In this document: one piece after another, positions 28,332 to 36,514 of the stretch
Layout: the number at the start of each line of letters is the position of its first letter
Numbering within the stretch: the stretch's first letter is position 1
IMG/VR virus record: IMGVR_UViG_3300030114_000522
Reading direction: 5' to 3' (one strand)
From: a virus
DNA length: 64,000 nt
Notes under the pieces: generated by a model
What the model was told of the DNA's origin: nothing
Database searches by the model: none
The model's input: the letters and a program-made list of their open reading frames with translations, nothing else
Translations under genes and position numbers: made by a program

Positions 28332-29960
28332 TTAATTTGTTTTACTTATGAATATATTACTTTTTTCAAAAATCATATTATTGGTAGATAAATATTCTTG
28401 CAAAAATATAAAACCATATGAATTCTTATCTATATCTTTATAACATTTATTACCTTCAAATATTTCTTTATTATTACATTTGTCTTTTATTTTTTGAATG
28501 TTTTTAGTTATATAATAAAACATATTCATACATTTAGTTCTTTGTTTTAGATTAATGCTTATTAATATTTTATTATATTTTTCATAATCAACATAATTAT
28601 TTAATATTACTAATGCTGAGTTAGTAAATTTAACATTTATAGAACTACATATTTCTTTTACGCAATCTATATTTAATATTTCAGTTAAACTTGCAACAAC
28701 CGTTGATGAATCTAACATATCTATCAAATATCTTTTAGTATAAATACCATTAGGTAATTCTTTTAAAAGTTTTATTAATTTAAATTGATTGCCTTCCTCC
28801 CAAATGTTCAAATTGTCGGTTGGAATAGAAGTTTTGATTCCCAATATATCAAAATATTTAACTAATATGTAATTTATATTATTAAAATCCCAATAAGCAA
28901 TTCTTAATAATGGAATATTATTATCTTTACAATATTTTGTTTTAACACCATCATTAAATTGTGTCTTTTTAAATTGTATTTCTCCTCTTTTTGGTTCATA
29001 ATGCTGAATACCGTCATATTCAATTAAAAACATAACATTCCCTTCTTTAGATTTTATAGCTACGTCAAAAGGAAATCTTTTTTTATTTTTACAATCGGGA
29101 TACGTATATTGTTGTTTAAATTTAATTTTATTATATCTTAAAAATATTTCAATCACTTTTTCTCCTTTTGACGTAGCTTCACAAGTACATCGTGCGCCTT
29201 TTAAAATACTATCTGGTCTTACTTTATATTCTTTTCCACATTTATTATGTCTAATTAATATAGTGGTATGCGAACTAACATATTCTCCTAAAACCTCATA
29301 TTCTCCTTGATATGCTTGAAATATTTTTTCTTTAAACCATTGAGTATCTTTTGTTGCTCCAAATCCACAGAATCTACATCCTTTTCCTTGTAAAACATCT
29401 CCTGCCTGTCTATCATATACTCTTCCACAAGGAATGTGTTTTACTGTAACATTCTCCTTCCTACCCTTATATAATGATAGTATTTCAAACTCATTATCAA
29501 ATAATTTAGAAGTTCTAGCACAAAATTCTTCATGACTGATAAACAATTTATCAGCACCTTTTCTATTGCCACATTTAGGGCAACCATTCTTTTTATGCAA
29601 CATACCATCAGGAGTCATCTCAAATTCATATTGGCAATCTTCAGTATTATGTTTTAAAAGAATTTTGTTTTTAGCACTAGTATACTCACCTAAACAAATA
29701 TAATTATCTCCATATAATTCTTTTAATTCATTCTTAAAATAGTCAGTATCTTTATTCATTACTTTGTTGCTACATTTTGGGCAATGACAACCATTTTTTA
29801 AAAATCCATTTGCATTAATAGTCCAAGTATAATTATCCTCTTTACATCTAATAGTTATCTTTTTATCACAACTTTGATATTCTGTTAGAAATTCATACTT
29901 TTCATAACCTACTACTTCTAATACCTCTTTTACAAATTGTTCATGTGTTCTTTTTCTCAT
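28332..29960 (-). CDS. free-standing Zn-ribbon-repeat / PD-(D/E)XK (Vsr-like) endonuclease
   Basis: Repeated YEVLGEY..I.H..CG...CPKC units, then SKGE, FD, IEYDGIQHY, D..K..YC....IPLLRI. Confidence 0.75.
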   Translation of the reverse strand: MRKRTHEQFVKEVLEVVGYEKYEFLTEYQSCDKKITIRCKEDNYTWTINANGFLKNGCHCPKCSNKVMNKDTDYFKNELKELYGDNYICLGEYTSAKNKILLKHNTEDCQYEFEMTPDGMLHKKNGCPKCGNRKGADKLFISHEEFCARTSKLFDNEFEILSLYKGRKENVTVKHIPCGRVYDRQAGDVLQGKGCRFCGFGATKDTQWFKEKIFQAYQGEYEVLGEYVSSHTTILIRHNKCGKEYKVRPDSILKGARCTCEATSKGEKVIEIFLRYNKIKFKQQYTYPDCKNKKRFPFDVAIKSKEGNVMFLIEYDGIQHYEPKRGEIQFKKTQFNDGVKTKYCKDNNIPLLRIAYWDFNNINYILVKYFDILGIKTSIPTDNLNIWEEGNQFKLIKLLKELPNGIYTKRYLIDMLDSSTVVASLTEILNIDCVKEICSSINVKFTNSALVILNNYVDYEKYNKILISINLKQRTKCMNMFYYITKNIQKIKDKCNNKEIFEGNKCYKDIDKNSYGFIFLQEYLSTNNMIFEKSNIFISKTN

Positions 29961-30046
29961 TTTAATTCCTTCTTTCTTATTAAATTCTTATTTTTGTTTC
30001 TAGTTTTAGGTATAATAAAAACGCACCTTCAAATAAAGGAGCGTTA

Positions 30047-30238
30047 CTACTTACTTAATCCATTACTATATTTACTTAGATACTCTCTAAATTCATCACT
30101 ATCCTCGAATAGAAATACACTAAATCTAGGGTTGTCCTTATCTGGAACTACATTCAAGATGTCGTATTTCTTAGCCAAATAATTAGTCATTCTTAATGTC
30201 TTTGATGTATACAATATTTTCTTTTCCATACTTTCCAC
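30047..30238 (-). CDS. small DUF5659-like protein
   Basis: YL....ILNVVPDKDNPRFSVFLFE.S.EF..YL..Y pattern (family call by eye). Confidence 0.55.
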   Translation of the reverse strand: MESMEKKILYTSKTLRMTNYLAKKYDILNVVPDKDNPRFSVFLFEDSDEFREYLSKYSNGLSK

Positions 30239-30253
30239 TCTCCATATTTTAAT

Positions 30254-30868
30254 CTATTTTTTAATAACCTTTTTCTTAACAATTTTCTTTTTAGCTTTCT
30301 TTTCAGACATAGTTGCCTCGCGTTTTTCTCTTTTAATTCTTTCTTTTTCCATTTGTTCTAAGGTAGCTTGTACATTATATTTACAGTTCTCAAAGATAAA
30401 TATCATTTTAGATACTCCTTTTTCATAACTAGCCGTAGTTGTAATACTTTTAATAATAGAATAATTATCGTCTTGAATTACACCTAAATCACTGAAAGCG
30501 TCTAAATATTCTTTCACTCCACACCCAAAATTATCCAAATCATGTCTAATAGATGTACTAAAAACAAAATGCACTTTTAAATCAGTTTCACATATTCCTA
30601 ATATTTCAAGCCCCAGTTCTTTAAGAACGAATTCAGTATATAATCCTCGATTATGTTTATGATTATTTTGAACTATACGGTTTGTTATGACTAATATTTT
30701 ATTCATACTTCTACCAATCGGGCTATCTATTATAGGTTTATCTTTACCCGTTTTCTTTTCTTTTGACATTCTATGAGTTTTATAATACTCACTTAAAAAC
30801 CTGTCTAAATTATCTTGATTAAATTCCACAACTATTTTATCTTTCTGTCTCATATCTTTTACTTCCAA
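30254..30868 (-). CDS. RusA-like Holliday junction resolvase
   Basis: RHDLDN..K..LD....GVIQDD motif. Confidence 0.7.
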   Translation of the reverse strand: MEVKDMRQKDKIVVEFNQDNLDRFLSEYYKTHRMSKEKKTGKDKPIIDSPIGRSMNKILVITNRIVQNNHKHNRGLYTEFVLKELGLEILGICETDLKVHFVFSTSIRHDLDNFGCGVKEYLDAFSDLGVIQDDNYSIIKSITTTASYEKGVSKMIFIFENCKYNVQATLEQMEKERIKREKREATMSEKKAKKKIVKKKVIKK

Positions 30869-30975
30869 ATCTCATATTTTCACTTTTCCTTTCATATTTA
30901 ATTTCTATATTTTCACACAACAAAAAGAGCTTGTACAATTTTATACAAACTCTAAATAATTCTATTTATTTATTT

Positions 30976-31806
30976 TTAATCTAAATCTTCTATAATACTC
31001 AATAATTCTTCTTTACTTTTTCTAGTATATAGTCTGCTTGTCTCAATTGAAGCATGTCCACATAAATCAGCTATAACATCGATTTTAACATCAGCATCAG
31101 CTAGTCTTTTTGCATATTGGTGTCTATAGCTATGACAATGATTCTTCTCAAACTTTATATTAGCTAATTCTCCATATCTTTTTATTATTCTGTCAATACC
31201 ACTTCTAGTTAGTCTTCCTCTTTTCCCTACAAATAAATAATCCCAACCTTTATTAATTCTTCCTAGTTTGCAATAGTCAACCCATATATTGTTTAACACT
31301 TTAGGAATAAATACTGCTCTAATCTTATTACCTTTGCCGATAACTTGAATAGTATTCTTATGTATATCTTTTATCTGAATTTGAGTTACTTCACTTACCC
31401 TTAGACCAGTTAACTCAAGGCATTTAATTATTGCTATAGCCCTATAATCCTTTTTATTTCTAGCAATTTCAACCATACTATCAATTTCTTCTTTAGAAAT
31501 TACATTCTCTAAAAAGTTCTGAGATTGAATTTTAACCTTAGTAGTATTAGCAGGTATTTCACAAAACTTAAAATATTGATGAATTGCTATTAATTTTCTA
31601 TTAACAGAAGTAGGGGTTAAAAATCTTTTATATAATAAATATTCTTTATATTCCTTCAGAGTAATATTATGATATTCTTTTATATTGTGTTCAATAGAAT
31701 AATCTAAAAACTGGTGAATATCTTTTAGGTAAGCATTTATTGTTTTATCACTTTTTTCTCTTTCAATTAAGTAATTCTTAAATTCTTTAGTTTTTATTAA
31801 TTCCAT
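30976..31806 (-). CDS. XerC/D-like tyrosine recombinase
   Basis: TGLRVSE, GKGNKIR, HCHSYRH, LCGHASIETSRLYT. Confidence 0.92.
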   Translation of the reverse strand: MELIKTKEFKNYLIEREKSDKTINAYLKDIHQFLDYSIEHNIKEYHNITLKEYKEYLLYKRFLTPTSVNRKLIAIHQYFKFCEIPANTTKVKIQSQNFLENVISKEEIDSMVEIARNKKDYRAIAIIKCLELTGLRVSEVTQIQIKDIHKNTIQVIGKGNKIRAVFIPKVLNNIWVDYCKLGRINKGWDYLFVGKRGRLTRSGIDRIIKRYGELANIKFEKNHCHSYRHQYAKRLADADVKIDVIADLCGHASIETSRLYTRKSKEELLSIIEDLD

Positions 31807-32065
31807 TAATCATCACCTCATAATACTATTATATCATTATTGGGATGATAATTATAGTTATGTTGCGAACTTTATCCACAATTTCCATAACTCGAAGTAT
31901 TTTCTAATTCAAAATATAATTCTACCATCTATTCTAAGCAAATTTTAAATTTCAAAATAGTATTCATCAAGTAAGTTATCATTGAAAACCTCAAAAAATC
32001 CAAACCAGCTTCTTTTATTAGTATAAAACCTCATAATAAACAAATACTATTTATGAGGTTATTAA

Positions 32066-32272
32066 ATGAAATATTCTTCTAAAATAAAAATATCAGATAA
32101 ACTTACATTCTTTGTAATAGCATGTTTTTTATGTATTACATTTACATTAAAATTATACGATACCTTATCTTATGGTCAGTTAACATTCTCTATAATATTA
32201 ATGATACTTTTAATTCTTCTAATTCAAGTATTTGAAATAAAAGATAATTTATCATTGAAAAATAAAGACTAA
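32066..32272 (+). CDS. small two-TM membrane protein
   Basis: Two hydrophobic helices; SD GAGG inside a 10-bp hairpin. Confidence 0.6.
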   Translation: MKYSSKIKISDKLTFFVIACFLCITFTLKLYDTLSYGQLTFSIILMILLILLIQVFEIKDNLSLKNKD

Positions 32273-32287
32273 TATAGGAGGTAATTT

Positions 32288-32470
32288 ATGATTAATAGAT
32301 TTACTAAAAAATATTCAAAGCGTTCCACTAAAATAACTTTAGCTATATTATTATTTGATTGTATACTTTGGGGTTTCTATAGTATATCACATCATATATC
32401 TCCAATAATCCAATTGCCAGTAGCAGTAATATTTGTAGCTTGTGCAAGAGTAATTGATAGGTTAGACTAA
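32288..32470 (+). CDS. small two-TM membrane protein
   Basis: SD AGGAGG; basic N-terminus then two TM segments. Confidence 0.65.
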   Translation: MINRFTKKYSKRSTKITLAILLFDCILWGFYSISHHISPIIQLPVAVIFVACARVIDRLD

Positions 32471-32854
32471 AATTTTTATACTTTCTTTTACCTTTAATAC
32501 AATCAAATTCAAATAAACATCAATGGCACAAGTTTAAGTACAATAATATTCTGACACCTAAGTTTATTTTGTAGTCTATTTCAATTACAATAATTCTATG
32601 TTATAATAAATGTTTAATACTAAATTGCACAAACAAAAGAGTAGGAAGTACCCACGATGCTTTTCTATTCTTTTATTATTTTAATATGTATAGAATCTAT
32701 AAACATGGATACAATATTAATGTCATGAGGTAACTCTCGTTGATTATTTAATTTTCAGGAATAGGGAAGTTTGATTAATTTCATTCTTCTCTATTTTCAG
32801 TTTATAAGTATAAAATCTCGCTAACAAGTAAATACTAATCACGAGGTGATTTAA

Positions 32855-33043
32855 ATGAAACTTACTAAATTTGAAAAACGTTGGAGCAAAATAGCTGATA
32901 TAGTATTTATATTTAGTATTCCAATTTCAGCTATTATATTAATCCTAAGTTATTTCATTGATATTCCAAATGCTCATGAAACTTTTATTGGAGTATTAGT
33001 TACATTTATAGCAAGTCAATATATAAGAAAAATAGAGTTATGA
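32855..33043 (+). CDS. small two-TM membrane protein
   Basis: SD GAGGTG; same architecture as 32288-32470. Confidence 0.65.
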   Translation: MKLTKFEKRWSKIADIVFIFSIPISAIILILSYFIDIPNAHETFIGVLVTFIASQYIRKIEL

Positions 33044-33102
33044 TTAATAGTTTTATATTTGTAAAACTCGTCATTTTGTGAACTATTAATTATTGCAATA
33101 AA

Positions 33103-33148
33103 TTACATTCCTAGAACATATACGAATTATTTTACATTCCTAGAACAT
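33103..33148. repeat. 17-bp direct repeat x2 (TTACATTCCTAGAACAT), 29-bp period
   Basis: Exact copies at 33103-33119 and 33132-33148. Confidence 0.85.
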
Positions 33149-33210
33149 TGAAATCTTAAATATTAGCATGGTTGTCACATTATTAAATTTCATTATCTCT
33201 TGTTCTCAGA

Positions 33211-34146
33211 TTAGTCTATATTAAGTCTCATATTAAATAATCCTTGTAAATATTTTAAATCTTCTAATCTTGTTCCTTTATAAAATACTTTTGGGTTAAT
33301 TGTTATTAGTTTTTTATTCTTTATTTCATTAATACATACAACAGATTCTCCATTTACTGTCATATCCATTAATCTTTTTTTAAATCTTGTTATATTGGTT
33401 TGCCCTAATATATCCGCTATTTCATTTAAGGTATAAGGATGAATGTGTTCTAAAACTTCTTGGGTCACATCTTCATTTTTACATATTACATTATATCCAA
33501 AATTCAAATAGGGCAATAATTGAAATAGTAAAGCCAATTGTTTATGTTCTGTAGGTTTAGATTTTTCATATAATTCCTTTATCCCATTTTCAAACATTCT
33601 TGTTTTTCCTATCTTTTTATTTTTCATAATATCACCCTTCTTACAATATTTAGGATTTATACTTAAAGTTTTATCATCATTAATTATTAATAATTCTTTT
33701 TCAATGAGTTCTATTTTAGTGCTATATACTTCAGTCCTACTTAATTTTAATATTGATTGTAAATCTTCCTCGTATATTGGAATATGTCTTGTTGTTTTAT
33801 TTATAACCAATAAGTTATCATAATTTATATAACAACTTAAATATAAAAATCTTGTCAAGTGTTGTGGTTTTAGTTTGTCTAATAATCTATTATAAAAGTT
33901 AAAATAAAAATGTCCACAACCATCCAATATAGCTTCTTGAAATTCAGTTTTCTCCTTTTGCCATTGTAAAATTTCTTGTGTCTTTTCTTTCTTTTGCTCC
34001 TCCATATTAACAAAATCCATAGCTATATTTTCTAAACATTTAATATTAGGAGTTATTAATTCTCCATCTATTGTGACTAGTCCATTATTTTTCATTATAT
34101 TTACATAATCATTTATTTTTGCAGTATATTCTCCTGCCATAATCAT
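33211..34146 (-). CDS. RepL-like winged-helix DNA-binding/replication protein
   Basis: Two similar halves ending LSINPKYCKKG and ITINPKVFYKG; HTH-like TLNEIADILG. Confidence 0.5.
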   Translation of the reverse strand: MIMAGEYTAKINDYVNIMKNNGLVTIDGELITPNIKCLENIAMDFVNMEEQKKEKTQEILQWQKEKTEFQEAILDGCGHFYFNFYNRLLDKLKPQHLTRFLYLSCYINYDNLLVINKTTRHIPIYEEDLQSILKLSRTEVYSTKIELIEKELLIINDDKTLSINPKYCKKGDIMKNKKIGKTRMFENGIKELYEKSKPTEHKQLALLFQLLPYLNFGYNVICKNEDVTQEVLEHIHPYTLNEIADILGQTNITRFKKRLMDMTVNGESVVCINEIKNKKLITINPKVFYKGTRLEDLKYLQGLFNMRLNID

Positions 34147-34188
34147 CCTTCCCTTCTGTCATTTTAATTTGTTAAGAGTAATTACTAA

Positions 34189-34299
34189 ACGCCATATAAA
34201 GTAATAAAACTCTCCAAAAGAGAACTGGATTGGCGTAATCCTAATTCTCCTCGGAAGGATAAATTAAGATAACTTTTCAGTTACCTTTTGCAAAGTTCT
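34189..34299 (-). ncRNA. candidate structured leader RNA (multibranch, possible pseudoknot)
   Basis: Closing stem 34299-34285/34220-34206, GAAA and UCCG tetraloop hairpins, ACGCCA complementary to UGGCGU at 34194-34189. Confidence 0.5.
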
Positions 34300-34533
34300 A
34301 AGCTTAACAAAATTTATTTAATTTTTTAGTTATGAGTAATTTTAATTACGAAATAACAAATCAGCTTTAGCTGAAACCACCTCGTAGAGATAAATACATA
34401 ACAAAAAAGAAGGCTAAACCTAAATTCAACCTCCTTAATTGACATTAATTAATTTTTCAAAGCCAGCAATAACCTCATTTAAAAATCTAAATATTGTTAT
34501 AAATTTGTTATTTTATACTGACTTTGTATTATT

Positions 34534-34683
34534 TTAATTTGTTGCAATATAATCTTCTCCAACTATTTCTTTATATTGTTCTTCAGTTATTTTTTCTTTA
34601 ACTACCGCAACCTTAACATTATTCTTATCCCACCTATTTGAAGAATAAAAATCTATTATTTCTTTATACCAATCAATATCCAT
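34534..34683 (-). CDS. XkdX-family small protein (49 aa)
   Basis: MDIDWYKEIIDFY...V..AV.K.KITEEQYKEIVGEDY. Confidence 0.8.
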   Translation of the reverse strand: MDIDWYKEIIDFYSSNRWDKNNVKVAVVKEKITEEQYKEIVGEDYIATN

Positions 34684-35016
34684 CTACAATAAACCTCCAT
34701 TCATTAGCGAAAATAATATTACTGCATTATTATCTTGTAATTTATTATTTTGCTCTTCTAACTTTTTTATTTTATTTTCTTGCCATTTATCTTTTCCTAA
34801 AATAAAATAATCTCTACAATCTTCTAAATTAGAAATATCAATAATATCTCCATTATTTAAATTAATAGTGTCAGATTCTAAAACTATATAATCTGAACCA
34901 TTTCCCAATATAGAAATTGTATTATCTCCACTAATGCTTCCTTCATATGCTGATATTATGTTTTTTATTTTATTTTCAATTTGAAAACTATATTTATCAT
35001 ATACATAAGCTATCAT
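34684..35016 (-). CDS. tail-associated hypothetical protein
   Basis: 110 aa with C-terminal coiled coil, immediately before the XkdX-like gene. Confidence 0.65.
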   Translation of the reverse strand: MIAYVYDKYSFQIENKIKNIISAYEGSISGDNTISILGNGSDYIVLESDTINLNNGDIIDISNLEDCRDYFILGKDKWQENKIKKLEEQNNKLQDNNAVILFSLMNGGLL

Positions 35017-35029
35017 TATATATTACCTC

Positions 35030-36499
35030 CTAACTCTTTACTAATACATTAACATTAACATTTCTAGTTATTGTTGATAGATTTTTAATAGCAAGTGTAG
35101 TATCATTGACCACTTTTACTCCAAATCTTACAGTTGTTTCATCATAACTACCATAACTCGCATATTCAGTGTGTTGTGGTGTCACATAAACTAGTGTTAT
35201 TTTGCCTATACTTGGGGTAACCGTAATATCATTTGTGCTTAGTTGAAATGCTAAATCTAAATTTACTGGAGTTATTCCCAAACTATTTAAATCAGTTGCT
35301 AATGTTGTTTTTGGTAAATTAGTAAAATAAGTAGATAATTCGCTAAATTGATTACTACTAGTCCAATTTATAGCCATATCTCCTGTGAATTTGTGAATAC
35401 CTGTTCCATCTTTATATAACCAATTTGTTTTATTATCTACACTAAACAGACACTTAACAGATGTATTGGTCGGAGTTGTTATAGTCGAACTTAATGACTC
35501 TATCGTTTTTATTGGTGTAAGGTTAAAACTTGATTCTGAAGTTGTCATAAAGTTGGTTAGAAGACTAGATGGCAACATTAGTAATTCAGCAATCTGTAAA
35601 TAAGTATCTCCACCATTAGCCGTTATATTTATTCTATAATATAAATAATTTGTTGTGTTGGTAAAACTATATGATTTATAAGTTCCTGTAGACCAAGATG
35701 TTTGTGCTGTTCTTGTATCAAGTATTGTCCAGCTTATATCATCATTACTTCCTTCGAAAGTCCACGATACAGGAGAGCGAGTTGTAACAAATGTTGCAGT
35801 CGGGACTGGTAGTATTTTATAATTAGTTATACATTTAGAATTTTCAAATTGATATTTTAGCCATCCAGTTTTAACTGCATTTGTTGCCCAAGCATTTGAT
35901 GAAGAACCATTTCCATCGAATGCCAAATATGGGTAAACCTCGGGTAAATATGTACTTGCACTAGCAACTCCTTTAGGGGTAGTTGCACTTGTCATAGTTG
36001 GAATAATTGTATCTATTTTTAATTGTACTTTATTACTACTAAATATAATGTTATAAATATCTTGAAAAACGTATTTAATAACGTCACTAAAATCTACATG
36101 TATATCGGAAACAGTATTTCCTGATATTTCTTCTTTTACATTTAATATCATTTCATCTTCTGTTGCCGTAGGATGTATTAGCATAGCTTCTTGACCTGAT
36201 GTTAATGTAACAGGACTTCCACTAGGAACAATTATGTTTCCTGTGCCATTTACTATACCAGCGACAGCAACTGAAACCCATTCGTTTGTTCCAGTATTTC
36301 CATTATACATAAGCATTCTTTTATCAGCACGGGTAGAATCATCTATAGAGACATCATTGAGTTTTGTAGCGTTGCCACTAACAACTTTATTATCATATAT
36401 TAATTCTCCATTTGAATCTTCTGAAATTTTATCTATATATCCTTTATTACTATGTGAATGCACTTGTTTTAATATTATATTTTGTTTCACTTCCAACAC
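35030..36499 (-). CDS. tail fibre/receptor-binding protein with discoidin (F5/8 type C)-like domain
   Basis: AFDGN...W....WLKYQF...WTFEGSND..WTILD...YYRINIT. Confidence 0.7.
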   Translation of the reverse strand: MLEVKQNIILKQVHSHSNKGYIDKISEDSNGELIYDNKVVSGNATKLNDVSIDDSTRADKRMLMYNGNTGTNEWVSVAVAGIVNGTGNIIVPSGSPVTLTSGQEAMLIHPTATEDEMILNVKEEISGNTVSDIHVDFSDVIKYVFQDIYNIIFSSNKVQLKIDTIIPTMTSATTPKGVASASTYLPEVYPYLAFDGNGSSSNAWATNAVKTGWLKYQFENSKCITNYKILPVPTATFVTTRSPVSWTFEGSNDDISWTILDTRTAQTSWSTGTYKSYSFTNTTNYLYYRINITANGGDTYLQIAELLMLPSSLLTNFMTTSESSFNLTPIKTIESLSSTITTPTNTSVKCLFSVDNKTNWLYKDGTGIHKFTGDMAINWTSSNQFSELSTYFTNLPKTTLATDLNSLGITPVNLDLAFQLSTNDITVTPSIGKITLVYVTPQHTEYASYGSYDETTVRFGVKVVNDTTLAIKNLSTITRNVNVNVLVKS

Positions 36500-36514
36500 T
36501 CCTTTCTTATATAT

